DNA of 63,054 nt, the filler included, from Octopus bimaculoides (lineage: Eukaryota): NCBI RefSeq assembly GCF_001194135.2. It is 8 parts of 7 records of this genome, joined end to end, with 100 filler letters (N's around TTAATTAATTAA, not from the genome) between each part and the next. Parts side by side here need not be neighbours in the genome. Positions count along the whole stretch, not along the records: positions 9,074 to 19,905 come from NC_068988.1; positions 20,006 to 31,337 come from NC_068990.1; 6 more parts are not named here. One strand, written 5' to 3'. Numbering within the stretch: position 1 is the first letter of the stretch; each line of letters opens with the position of its first letter. Shown in pieces: positions 13,045 through 26,294 of this stretch. The translations under genes and the position numbers were made by a program. The notes under the pieces are model-generated. The model was not told the origin of the DNA, did no database searches, and saw only the letters and a list, made by a program, of their open reading frames with translations.

Positions 13045-13160
13045 GAAACAATATAAAAATGAAGTGCTTCCTCGATAAGACGACATCGTACCCTATTCAG
13101 GAATCGAAACTGCTGAATTATGATTACGTGGCCAATACCCTAAACACTAGGCAATGTGAG
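13045..13160 (-). mobile_element. Degenerate SINE family C 5' part
   Basis: Similar to 51090-51210 (GAAGTGCTTCCTC...GGAATCGAAAC...ATACCCTAAACACTAGGC). Confidence 0.5.
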
Positions 13161-16084
13161 GAAAAATACCTATGACAATCTAAATTAAAGTAAACAAATG
13201 GACTGAAAATGTAGATGTGAAGTAAGAGTACAAAAAAAAAAAAAATTAACACATTTAAAACTATTCTTATGAGAATCATTTTTGCTTCATAAAGACATAT
13301 TTGGAACGTCATGAAATACCAGAGTAGACCAACCATGTATCAAATTAATACATTAAAGACGAACTTATTTTTTCAGTATTAGAATTATTTGAAGAAAGCA
13401 AAAAATCTGATATGGGAAAAAGAAAAGAAAACAGTCGTGTCTCTGTGTCATTCATGAGAGATATCGAAAGACAAGAATCAAATACTTAGACAGATATATA
13501 TATTGATAGACTGATAAAAAAAAAATAGATAGATAGATATATAGATAGCTAGATGGACAGAATGATAGATAAACAAAGAGAGGAGAATGGTTTCTTATAA
13601 TGAATGTGTTAAAGGAAAGTTCCCAAGTTTTCTTTCCATTAATTTCTAACAACCGTCATCAGACTTTTTCTTTGTGATGATTTTGTGTTGTTAGAATTTT
13701 TTCTTTCTCTTTTCCTAACTAGCTTAACTACATTTTCTGATAAGTCAGGAGAAATAATGATTTTACAGATTACAACTAGCTTTTATTCTTTCTATGCTTG
13801 ACTAAATCTTTTTCTGTGGCTTCTAACGAAGACGTCAGACCAAGCTGATAAAATCAAAGAAAGCGCTCCGAGAAACTAATTGAACCTTACTTACAGGACA
13901 ATTGGAAAAAGATGCGTTAGATTTGATTGGTTTTTGCTCTTTCTTTCAAGACTGTCTTAATCTCCGCTTGGCTTTTATTATAACTACTTTGATGTGTCTT
14001 TAAAAGGAGCAATAAAGTTTTCCGATATCCATCTATCACCGCCCTTTTCTGATTCTATTTCTCCAATATCTCTTCAACTCTTTTACTCTCTCCCTCCTTC
14101 TCTTTCTCTTTCTCTATCTCTCTCTTACCCATTCTGTTTCTCTGTCTTTGGCACATTTACACAATCATAAATGTACAAAGAGAGGCACTTACACTGATAC
14201 AGACATATTCAAGTCGCACACGCGCCTAGGAATATGTGGTATAGATGCGGGCGTATGTGTAGTTACGTGTATGTTTACGTACACACACGCGCACACACCC
14301 ACACACATATATAATACCTACATGGAAACACATATATAGATTAACCCCCCCCCCGCAAGCACATATACACACAGGCAAAGATATACATATATGGATGCAC
14401 ATACATTCATCCACCTACACATCAATATATATACTCCAAACGTCATCACTATTAAGTGATTCTAAGTCTATACACATTTAAGTATGTGGACTGTTGAAAA
14501 AATAGATGAATATATGTTTTGAAGGAAGAAAAATACATGGAAACGCACACACATACAGCATGACAAACAAGCACATACGACGCAAAGACACGCACACGCT
14601 ACAAGTACACACAAACCACGAATATAAATATACATAAACACTCACGCACAAAATACGCACGCACTANNNNNNNNNNNNNNNNNNNNNNNNNNNNNNNNNN
14701 NNNNNNNNNNNNNNNNNNNNNNNNNNNNNNNNNNNNNNNNNNNNNNNNNNNNNNNNNNNNNNNNNNNNNNNNNNNNNNNNNNNNNNNNNNNNNNNNNNNN
14801 NNNNNNNNNNNNNNNNNNNNNNNNNNNNNNNNNNNNNNNNNNNNNNNNNNNNNNNNNNNNNNNNNNNNNNNNNNNNNNNNNNNNNNNNNNNNNNNNNNNN
14901 NNNNNNNNNNNNNNNNNNNNNNNNNNNNNNNNNNNNNNNNNNNNNNNNNNNNNNNNNNNNNNNNNNNNNNNNNNNNNNNNNNNNNNNNNNNNNNNNNNNN
15001 NNNNNNNNNNNNNNNNNNNNNNNNNNNNNNNNNNNNNNNNNNNNNNNNNNNNNNNNNNNNNNNNNNNNNNNNNNNNNNNNNNNNNNNNNNNNNNNNNNNN
15101 NNNNNNNNNNNNNNNNNNNNNNNNNNNNNNNNNNNNNNNNNNNNNNNNNNNNNNNNNNNNNNNNNNNNNNNNNNNNNNNNNNNNNNNNNNNNNNNNNNNN
15201 NNNNNNNNNNNNNNNNNNNNNNNNNNNNNNNNNNNNNNNNNNNNNNNNNNNNNNNNNNNNNNNNNNNNNNNNNNNNNNNNNNNNNNNNNNNNNNNNNNNN
15301 NNNNNNNNNNNNNNNNNNNNNNNNNNNNNNNNNNNNNNNNNNNNNNNNNNNNNNNNNNNNNNNNNNNNNNNNNNNNNNNNNNNNNNNNNNNNNNNNNNNN
15401 NNNNNNNNNNNNNNNNNNNNNNNNNNNNNNNNNNNNNNNNNNNNNNNNNNNNNNNNNNNNNNNNNNNNNNNNNNNNNNNNNNNNNNNNNNNNNNNNNNNN
15501 NNNNNNNNNNNNNNNNNNNNNNNNNNNNNNNNATATATATATATATATATAGTTCTTTTTTTTTATCGAAACATAGTTATGTAAATCAGGTGAATTAAAG
15601 TTTGTCACAAAGACATCTCTACTTTGCACCAAGCGTTCTACAACACGTGATTCATAATGAACATCACAGTGAAATTGCTGTATATTTATACGTTCATTAA
15701 AATTGATTCTTTTAGTGGGAGGATGAGGAGAACATAATTATTTCAGAATTTCTGTTTCTTGTAGTCATTGTAGAGCAATATTTACTAGAAGCTGAACAAC
15801 ACCTTTTCTGACAAGATACTAAAGTCAAGTATTACTGGTACAATATTGCAACATTTTAATGTATTTGATTTCCTTTTGCAAATTTTCTGCCAATTAATTG
15901 AGCATGGAAATTATATTACATTCTTGCGAATAAGGCCAGTTGTTTGTTCGCATGTATTTTCTGAAAAACTGCCATCCCTTCTACATGTTGAAATAGTAGG
16001 GATAATATTTTGAAATGAAACTCAAGTTAAATACGAATCTAACGTATATTGTTATAGTGCAAATTTGGTAAAAACACACTGGTG

Positions 16085-16087
16085 TAC

Positions 16088-16174
<87 letters not shown>

Positions 16175-16215
16175 AACACAAACACACACACAAAAACACA
16201 TACACAAACACATAC
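16085..16215. repeat. (CA)n microsatellite
   Basis: Long CA run. Confidence 0.98.
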
Positions 16216-16539
16216 ACACTACAGTATTAGAGTGGTTTAGCCTTATTTCTAGCAACGTAGGTGTTTCCTAAAACCCTAGTCACATTTAGTGACATTGCTA
16301 ACTGCCGCTTAGATCAATTTCAAATATACACATTAGCGAATCGCTAAATCATCCAATTATTTGGACGACGGAAGAAAAATACCAATGGCGAAGAGTATAT
16401 TATATATAAATTATATATATGATATTATATACATATATAAATAACGTGGGTGGCTTACTAGCAATTTAAAAACCTAAAGGCAAATTTATATACGTCACTT
16501 AAGTAACAGAGAGTATGAAGTCGGTACACTAGGCGCAGT

Positions 16540-16600
16540 AAGAGCCACTGACGAGAATTAAGATGCTCTGCATCAAAATTCGAAATCACGTGACCGTAGG
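16540..16600 (+). ncRNA. Degenerate hammerhead-like motif
   Basis: CTGACGA-GAATT..GATGCtctGCATC..AATTC-GAAA followed by palindrome TCACGTGA; U16.1 and stem I are not restored. Confidence 0.35.
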
Positions 16601-16744
16601 GACATTTGTGTCCCTCATCAACTTCTTAAGATAGTGTTTTGTGGTTAATCAGTCGTTTTCACCCTTATTTCTAGCAATGCCGGTAACACTTTGTACACTC
16701 TGTCACTTTAGTGACGTCTATATATATATACATATATTTCCTAT

Positions 16745-16935
16745 TATATGCACAAGATATGATATTTTGAGGCAGGGAATTAGTACATTATATAATCCTT
16801 AATGTTCAACTGGTACTTATTTTAATCAATACCGAGAGGATGAAAGGAAAAATCGACCACGGCAGAAGTTATCTGAACGAAAACTCGCTTAGCATTTTAT
16901 CCTGCATGTTAACGGTTATGCCAACTTGCCATCTT
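16745..16935 (-). mobile_element. Degenerate SINE family A
   Basis: Shares CAACTGGTACTTATTTT..GGATGAAAGG and GCTTAGCATTT..TTAACG..TGCCAAC with the other copies. Confidence 0.65.
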
Positions 16936-17422
16936 GGTATATATATATATATATATGAATGCATACATACATACGTGTGTGTCTGTGTGCGTGCGTTTAT
17001 CACTTAGTAGTTTTTTTATTCATAAATGGACATATCACAATGTATAGAAATATGTAGATTTAAACGAACAAACCAATAATGTTACACTGTAGCTGCATTT
17101 TTCTTTTGTCGTCTGTATACTCTAAAATCTGAATGATACACGCAGGGAAAATATTCACAAGAGCGCAATTGGAAAAAGATTCTTGGAATTGCACGTAGAG
17201 ATGCACATTCGTTAGAGCAAAAATTAGGATATGCTTAGTCGGATATATATACATTAGGGCATAATAAAAGAATATGTATGTACATAGACGTGTGTGAGTG
17301 AATCTTGATTTGAACTCACGTTATGATGCAAGCGGAATCGTCAATAGTATGCATGTGTGTATGTATGTGTGCGTGTACGTATGAATGCATGGACACACAT
17401 ATATGAATCCATGTCTCTGTGC

Positions 17423-17424
<2 letters not shown>

Positions 17425-17471
<47 letters not shown>

Positions 17472-17472
17472 C

Positions 17473-17514
<42 letters not shown>

Positions 17515-17520
17515 CTCTAC

Positions 17521-17553
<33 letters not shown>

Positions 17554-17555
17554 CG
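17425..17555. repeat. (TATC)n microsatellite
   Basis: Tetranucleotide run; explains the IYLS ORFs. Confidence 0.98.
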
Positions 17556-17779
17556 TCTGTCTGTCTGGTTTTCTATCTATATATAAATCTATTTATGTAT
17601 AGAATATATAAATGAATGTTTATGTATATATGAAAATATATGTATGTATGTATGTATGCATGTATGTATAAGGGTTAGGGCGATGAAATTTCTTGGTTTA
17701 ATAGCATCTTTCAATGACAATCAAAATTATGTTGTCAGAATTAAGTTTATTAAGAGGTAGCTCAAAGGGTGCTGGCAGA

Positions 17780-18000
17780 CAGTATTATATCCCGCTTTGG
17801 TAACAGGTTCACCCTACGTCAATGATTTTCATTGAAGTATAATGTTTACAGACACAAGAAATAAGGAATACTTTCTTTGACCAATGGATTGGACGGCCAG
17901 AAGAAAACATGACACGCTAGCTGTTACAGTCACTTTCACTACATCCGAGGTACAATGTGACATATATACGCTAAATTTACCAAAGTACCAGCCGGTGGCA
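17780..18000 (+). mobile_element. Possible Tc1/mariner-superfamily remnant
   Basis: Only the motif FDQWIGR (cf. FPxxWIGR) is recognisable. Confidence 0.25.
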
Positions 18001-19164
18001 TTAAAACGAGTGACGAGTTAGTTTTACTAAAGAATAATTACATTCCAGTTGCTTTTACTCATTTCCCTAATATTTAGTATCACGTATATTGTTTTTGTAG
18101 GACAGACGATATGTTAGAACACCTTAACTTGCACATGTTGCCGCGCGGTGGTGCTGAATTCAAAAATCCACGTGACTATCAAGTGTGCTTCTTAACTCTG
18201 TGTCGATATATCTGTTCTTCATTTCATGAGAAGGGTCATGTTTTCTTGCTGCAATTTATGAGCAAGCAAACTATGTCAACTCCAATGAACTCAGTTTTTA
18301 AGGAACAAAAGCCAAGAATATAGTACGCTTATTTATAAAAATTTGCTCTTTGAAGAATGCAGTATCCTTTCATATAAAGTCATAGCATTAATCACAGCTG
18401 TTAATTTAATTAACACTTTTATACACTTCGTCAACAGTATATAAAACTAGAAAACGCATATACATCTTTGCTTTCGCGGCCTTTACAATTTCATATTGTC
18501 ATCTTCGTTGTCAAGGCGATTGTCCATTTTGTTCTTCCTGCCGATGTGGGTCGGGTGATTGTAGCGTTAGTAGTGGGGTTGTTGCGGCGGTAAAGATGTC
18601 ATTTTTTTATTGCTGTTGTGTTAACTATCCTACAGCTTAAGCTACCAGTTTCAAAATAGAAAGATAAATAGGTATTTTTAGAAACGTATACTCACAAATC
18701 TTCAATTTTCTCCGACATTTGCCGACTGGTTTGCAGCAAGCAATAAAACAATTCATTGTAATACACAGAAGCAGACGCTCGTAAAAAGCTACAAACGTTT
18801 CTCATTTACGTCCTGTTCATTCGCATTATGCATGGTTTCAAGCCAATTCAAAAGCCCGTTGTATATGAAATGTTTCTGTGTAATGTAAATGACAAAAACC
18901 ACCTCTGGTTGTCGTCGTAATTAATGTATGTTCCAGAATTAGATACTTCACAAACACTTACATTTATCAGAAAGCAAGACATGTCCTGTCGAGAGCATTA
19001 CCATAAAATAAGAATTAACAGTGTGTTTTCTATAACTAGGTTTCCTCTACTTTATTACATCTCATTTTCTTCCTAATTTTCCTTATTCCCTCCTTTTTGT
19101 TTCTTTTTCTTTTCATCCTCCTTCTCTTCCCCATCATCATTACTTTATCATTATTATCAATATT

Positions 19165-19263
<99 letters not shown>

Positions 19264-19330
19264 CAGTAATAGTAGCAGCATCATTATTATTTTCATTATT
19301 ATTATTATTATCGTTGCTGTTGTTATTATT
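19165..19330. repeat. Compound (TTA)n/(TAG)n microsatellite
   Basis: Direct reading. Confidence 0.97.
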
Positions 19331-19725
19331 AACACATACTAGACATTATCTTCGTTTTCAAAGTATATTGTAGTATTGTAATATTTTATGTTTTTGCGTT
19401 GTTTTCATTTATTTCTCTCGTTTGCATTACATTTCACGATGAAAAATATAGGCATATTACACACCGTTTCATTTGTGGTGTTGCTTTAAGTGTTCCCTCT
19501 TCTAGTTTTCTTATTTTATTTTTTATTTATGTTAAAAAATAAATGTCTGAACGACAGATAATGATTTTATTGGCAAAGGATGTTTTTCTTTCAAAGTTGC
19601 ATTTGCTACATGCTGGTGTTGTTATCATCCTCCTTCTGCTCTTTCTCCTCCTCTTTTTTCTTCCTGCTAATGTTGTTGTTGCTGTTGTATTCTTGTCATC
19701 ATGATCATCACCGTCGTTGTCATCG

Positions 19726-19764
<39 letters not shown>

Positions 19765-20282
19765 CCATCATCATCACCATCATCATCACTTTTAAATACC
19801 GTTACTGAGAATATACTTTTGAAATTATCTATATAACGAGAAGTTTTTATGTGTACCTAAGTTTGAGAGACTTAGAATAACGCTTCTACTTATGGTGTTT
19901 CATGCNNNNNNNNNNNNNNNNNNNNNNNNNNNNNNNNNNNNNNNNNNNNTTAATTAATTAANNNNNNNNNNNNNNNNNNNNNNNNNNNNNNNNNNNNNNN
20001 NNNNNTATACACACACATACACATGCACATATCGGTACAGGACGTCACCAACGGTTCAAACAACATGGAATACGTAAACAACGAGAAAATAATGGAAAAC
20101 AGGACAAGTAACACAGAGAAAAGACCCTTCATCAGTTGTCGGCTATCTATCTATCTACTCCTCATTTCGAGCATTCAGCGACAAAATATATGTGTGTATG
20201 TATGCATATATATACGCACACATATTAATGTTTATTTTGAAGTGTAGTTATATACAAAAACAGTATACTCAAATGAATTATA

Positions 20283-20815
20283 GGGTCACTCAACGCGTTT
20301 GAGTATCTTCATGTTTATGGAGGCAGGCGCTATTTGTTGGTATTTGCTCAGGTTCTTTGGGCAACCCTTCGAGCAGTGTTCCAGTCAGTCTCCATCTCTG
20401 CGAGATACTTCCTCATCCGCCCTGACCCTGTGACATGTGGTCAACATGAGCCGTCATGCTAACCAAATCCTCAAGAAGAGAAAACTACACGCCGGATCTA
20501 ACTTGGGAAATCGAGCCACATGACCAAACAGTCTGAGTTGGTTCTCCCGAATCATCCAAGTAACAGGATGCACTCCAGTTTCTAAGTAGAGTCGTTAGTT
20601 GAATACAAAATCTGACCAATGGTAACCAATAGTTCTACAAAGCGAATTAGTATTAAAGGAGTCCAAGCGGTTCCTGAGGGTCCTGGACAATCTCCACGTC
20701 CCGCAATTATAGATTAAGATAGGGAGGACCAGAAAGAATACTCTCTCTCTCTCTCTCTCTCTAACAGAAACATGCGCGTGCGCGCGGATTCGGCATATTC
20801 GTCGAAAACGTATTG
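20283..20815 (-). mobile_element. RTE-clade LINE ORF2 C-terminal fragment interrupted by (GA)n
   Basis: LVLPILIYNCGTWRLSRTLRNRLDSFNTNSLCRTIGYHWSDFVFN*RL..ETG..RENQLRLFGHVARFPKLDPA. Confidence 0.85.
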
Positions 20816-21063
20816 AGTGGAAATGAAATTGATCGAAAGCATATTGGTCTATATACACAGGAAGATATGTTTGTAGAACAGAAGAGAAATACATGAAAAC
20901 TGAATTCATCTTTATACAACTGTTTCTAGTTTTAAAATAAGAACAAAATAATTTTGAAATGAAATATTTTTTTCATTTATTTTCAGGGTTTCTGTCATTT
21001 TTATAAGAAAATAAATAGAAACAGAAATACATCGTTAAAGTCTAATCTGAAAGGAAAAAAAAT

Positions 21064-21382
21064 TCATTAAGGTGTCTGCATATGACGCCATGATGATCTG
21101 CGTGTTGTGTCTTGACCAGGAAACGATCCACTCATATTACAAACTGATTTGTAGGATGGTGTACAATATTCAAAGCCGTAGTTTGCGCATTCGCAAACGG
21201 AAGTAGATGTCGACGGAAGTGTGTAAGGATTAGAGGAAGTCCACAGATAAAGCATAGCACAGATTTGGTTGGAAGAAATATTGCTCCCTGTCCCCCACCG
21301 CTCACATACTGTATTGTTCTTTTGTGGAGAGCATGCTGCGCCCACTGGTTGGAAGATGCGGCCACTTTTCTGGAACATTCGA
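21064..21382 (-). pseudogene. Decayed duplicate of the Brachyury-like terminal exon
   Basis: Colinear with 28213-28548 at roughly 80% identity by eye, including an exact 40-bp block ACGGAAGTAGATGTCGACGGAAGTGTGTAAGGATTAGAGG. Has a Trp-to-TGA change, a +1 shift, a compensated +1/-1 pair, an in-frame deletion of about 5 codons, and lacks the acceptor. Confidence 0.88.
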
Positions 21383-21732
21383 TCTTGATAGATCTTTTAA
21401 ACAATTTATTGTAATTTTATAATCAGAAGAAAATATTTTTCAAATGGAATATATTTTTAATTTTCCAAATAATAATCATTGCATTTTTTAAATTTATGTT
21501 TTTAATTATGTCTTTGAAAAATATAATTTTCACCTTTTCTTATATGAATGTTTTCGATCACGTTGTCTCTCGGTCAATATTCTTACGATCAATATGTTTT
21601 CGACTTATGGTTCTTAAATCAATATATATGTATGTATGTGCGTTCGAATATATGCATATAAATATCTGTCTATGTGCATATTTGTATGTATGTATGTATG
21701 TATGTATGTGTGTGTGTATGCATGTATGCATG

Positions 21733-21771
<39 letters not shown>

Positions 21772-22418
21772 ATATATATGTATGTATATATGTATGTATG
21801 TATGTATGNNNNNNNNNNNNNNNNNNNNNNNNNNNNNNNNNNNNNNNNNNNNNNNNNNNNNNNNNNNNNNNNNNNNNNNNNNNNNNNNNNNNNNNNNNNN
21901 NNNNNNNNNNNNNNNNNNNNNNNNNNNNNNNNNNNNNNNNNNNNNNNNNNNNNNNNNNNNNNNNNNNNNNNNNNNNNNNNNNNNNNNNNNNNNNNNNNNN
22001 NNNNNNNNNNNNNNNNNNNNNNNNNNNNNNNNNNNNNNNNNNNNNNNNNNNNNNNNNNNNNNNNNNNNNNNNNNNNNNNNNNNNNNNNNNNNNNNNNNNN
22101 NNNNNNNNNNNNNNNNNNNNNNNNNNNNNNNNNNNNNNNNNNNNNNNNNNNNNNNNNNNNNNNNNNNNNNNNNNNNNNNNNNNNNNNNNNNNNNNNNNNN
22201 NNNNNNNNNNNNNNNNNNNNNNNNNNNNNNNNNNNNNNNNNNNNNNNNNNNNNNNNNNNNNNNNNNNNNNNNNNNNNNNNNNNNNNNNNNNNNNNNNNNN
22301 NNNNNNNNNNNNNNNNNNNNNNNNNNNNNNNNNNNNNNNNNNNNNNNNNNNNNNNNNNNNNNNNNNNNNNNNTATTACCTAATCAAATAAACAGATTCGC
22401 ATATACATATACATACAT

Positions 22419-23516
22419 GCATACATACATACATACATACATACACATAAATATACATATACAAATACACACACACATATGTATCAATATACAGGCAACC
22501 TATATCGTTTCGGCTTACGTCTTGTTTGACTTTACATCGGTTTTCTGGTTTAAAAAAAAAATTTTTATGGTAACATTAAATATTTCAACTTAAAGCGGTC
22601 AATCCAACTTTACGTCGGTCTTAGTGAAAGCATTTAAAAAAAACACACCTAAAAACTAATACTAAAGTAGAAAATCTAATGAAATACATGTGAAAATATT
22701 TACAAATCATTTATTAAAACAGATATAAGCTAATAAATTGTTTTACAATGTTTTATCCTTGTCACACCAAAAGTTCAAGTAAAGATGCGTGTCTTGGAAA
22801 TAGTTAGCAACATAAGTTGAGGTATGCGTGTATATGTATTTATATAAACTCTACGGATGCTATGGAATGCATGGAAATTCCTGATGTATATCCAGCGCCA
22901 ATGTATAATGACATTAGGTAGTCAATAACTGTGGACGAGCTTTGCATGACATCCTACAAGGTTTTTACCCGAATCTTATTTAACTTATAAATACATATGC
23001 ATTCATACATCGAATGATATATATATATNNNNNNNNNNTACATACATACATACATACATACATACATACATGCAGGCATGCTTTCTCAACTTGCTTGCCC
23101 TCAACGTTATCACAAAGTCATGTGTGTGTCTCTCTTACTTTGAATTCGTGAATTCTTTAAATCTTTGGTTATTTTGTACCATAAGCACATAATATTCTAT
23201 AAAAAGTCATTCGTGCATGAACAATATTCTATTAACAAATACACACAAATTTATGCAATATTTTAACAACAAACTTTTCAATATTGTTACATACAGGAAT
23301 ATCCTTGTCTATTTTCATATAATATTCCGCATACATACATACATACATACATACACATAAATATACATATACAAATACACACACACATATGTATCAATAT
23401 ACAGGCAACCTATATCGTTTCGGCTTACGTCTTGTTTGACTTTACATCGGTTTTCTGGTTTAAAAAAAAAATTTTTATGGTAACATTAAATATTTCAACT
23501 TAAAGCGGTCAATCCA
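22419..23516 (+). repeat. Identical 188-bp direct repeat (22419-22606 = 23329-23516)
   Basis: Base-for-base identical, offset 910 bp; the second copy ends at an N gap. Confidence 0.9.
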
Positions 23517-24377
23517 NNNNNNNNNNNNNNNNNNNNNNNNNNNNNNNNNNNNNNNNNNNNNNNNNNNNNNNNNNNNNNNNNNNNNNNNNNNNNNNNNNNN
23601 NNNNNNNNNNNNNNNNNNNNNNNNNNNNNNNNNNNNNNNNNNNNNNNNNNNNNNNNNNNNNNNNNNNNNNNNNNNNNNNNNNNNNNNNNNNNNNNNNNNN
23701 NNNNNNNNNNNNNNNNNNNNNNNNNNNNNNNNNNNNNNNNNNNNNNNNNNNNNNNNNNNNNNNNNNNNNNNNNNNNNNNNNNNNNNNNNNNNNNNNNNNN
23801 NNNNNNNNNNNNNNNNNNNNNNNNNNNNNNNNNNNNNNNNNNNNNNNNNNNNNNNNNNNNNNNNNNNNNNNNNNNNNNNNNNNNNNNNNNNNNNNNNNNN
23901 NNNNNNNNNNNNNNNNNNNNNNNNNNNNNNNNNNNNNNNNNNNNNNNNNNNNNNNNNNNNNNNNNNNNNNNNNNNNNNNNNNNNNNNNNNNNNNNNNNNN
24001 NNNNNNNNNNNNNNNNNNNNNNNNNNNNNNNNNNNNNNNNNNNNNNNNNNNNNNNNNNNNNNNNNNNNNNNNNNNNNNNNNNNNNNNNNNNNNNNNNNNN
24101 NNNNNNNNNNNNNNNNNNNNNNNNNNNNNNNNNNNNNNNNNNNNNNNNNNNNNNNNNNNNNNNNNNNNNNNNNNNNNNNNNNNNNNNNNNNNNNNNNNNN
24201 NNNNNNNNNNNNNNNNNNNNNNNNNNNNNNNNNNNNNNNNNNNNNNNNNNNNNNNNNNNNNNNNNNNNNNNNNNNNNNNNNNNNNNNNNNNNNNNNNNNN
24301 NNNNNNNNNNNNNNNNNNNNNNNNNNNNNNNNNNNNNNNNNNNNNNNNNNNNNNNNNNNNNNAGATAGATAGATAGA

Positions 24378-24584
24378 TATAGTCGATAAGAAAATGGAGG
24401 AAAAATAACAATAAGTGTTTTTTGCGCTAGGAAACCATTATATATATTTTCTTCAGCATGGTACACAGAAACAATCGTAAACTCACTCTCACTCTCACCT
24501 TTCTTAACTAATTAGATAATGGTTTCCTAGCGCAAAAGAGACACTTCTTATTGTTATTTTCTCTCCATTTTCTTATCGTCTATA
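24378..24584. mobile_element. MITE-like inverted-repeat element
   Basis: Arms 24378-24441 and 24516-24584 are imperfect reverse complements (e.g. GCGCTAGGAAACCATTAT / ATAATGGTTTCCTAGCGC). Confidence 0.6.
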
Positions 24585-24750
24585 TAAATTAAACTACGGT
24601 TTACCCGCCAAATTACCTGCTACCGCATACCTTTTACCAAGGACTATACCTACTGAGGTAATTACCAGGCGTGCTTTTGAATATATCTATCCCTTACAGG
24701 CTTTAAACACCTCTAACTTATACCTGCACAAGACACACACACACGCACGC

Positions 24751-24786
<36 letters not shown>

Positions 24787-24953
24787 ATATAAATATATAA
24801 ACTTACAGAGTAGCAATTTTATAGTGAGTATTGGCAAGTTTAATACCTCGAAATGACAATGTCATTTCATCCTAGACAGGAATTCTCTCGGACTGCCCGA
24901 CGCCGTAAACTTTCCAACACACACACACACATACACACAAACATATATATATA

Positions 24954-25219
24954 CAGTGGCAGACTGGCCAGGTTGCCAGCCTGCCCGATGGCAAGTGGGC
25001 CCCTGCGCCATTAGAATCCATATATGGGGGCCCGTGTTAGTATCTAAGGGGCCCATCCCCTCAAGTTTGAGAATTTTTTATTCACTCCTGGAAGAATGCA
25101 TTAATTATTTCAACCTGGCTGTGTTTGTAGACAGTTCGAAAGAATACTTTTAAGAAAAAAAAATTAAATGATAACAATGTAGTTGCGGGTGGCAACCAAT
25201 ATTTTTAGACCCAGTCCGC

Positions 25220-25224
<5 letters not shown>
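24954..25224. mobile_element. Non-autonomous hAT-type MITE (271 bp)
   Basis: TIRs CAGTGGCAGACTGG / CCAGTCCGCCACTA; flanked by 8-bp TATATATA on both sides (inside a TA tract, so the TSD is only suggestive). Confidence 0.75.
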
Positions 25225-25263
<39 letters not shown>

Positions 25264-25449
25264 GATTACGATAGACAAGTTTATATCATTAGTTCCTATG
25301 TCCGTGCATAGATAAAAAAAAGATTTTACATCAACACAGTCGTGACTTCATTATAACAATGTTTGAAAGGAAAGCTGTGCCATATATACGCACACAAAAA
25401 TATTCATTCGTATATGTATATATGCATATTCATATGTGTGTGTATATAT

Positions 25450-25523
<74 letters not shown>

Positions 25524-26259
25524 ATGCATGTATGTATGTATAAACAGGAGAATAAGCTCGTATATGTCATTGAAACCTTTGTCAATTGTATGAGAGAGGT
25601 TTATGCAAATGAAATAATTTGCTTCAACCACAGATCGAACTCTGATCATGGATTCTCAGCATCCATCAAAGAAATCACCTCAGTCTTTGCAGTAATCACC
25701 ATTTTAACCAACGGAATTGTTCCATGTTTTTGTTTTGAGTTTTTAATGGTGACAGTCAAGAGCGTTTTAGATTTTCCGATAAGGCCAGTAGCAGCATTCC
25801 TCGTAGCATTTGCAGTAGTAGTAGTAGTAGTAGTAGCAGCAGCAGCAATAGTAGCAACGCCTATTGCTATAGTTGACGGCGCTTGTGGCCAAAGTTTGTT
25901 TATTATTTTCATTTTTTGCTTTTATTTATTGTTCTTATTTGTCGTCGTTGCTTTTGGCGTGGATGTATTTCTTATTGAAATTATTGTTGTTGTTGTTGTT
26001 GTTGTTGAAGTTTCTTTCTCCCTTTCTCTTTCTCCTTTTCTCTCTCATGTATTTTCTACACACTATCCTCCAGTCTTCTTCCCCAACCCTTTATATTTTT
26101 ATTTAGTTTTTGTTTTTTTTGTTTTTTTTTACTTTTCTTTACAATTTTAAATTTTCTTCAGTTATTTCATAAATATCAATTCGGTAAAACAAAACAAACA
26201 AAAAAAACATTTTCCCAGAGAATTTTTGGTAAATATCCGAATAGTTTGGTACCATGGCC

Positions 26260-26294
<35 letters not shown>

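Noticed and set aside
25646-25912. 88-aa minus-strand ORF with poly-Ala/Thr
   Set aside because: Built around a (TAG/CAG)n repeat; no domain or convincing splice sites.
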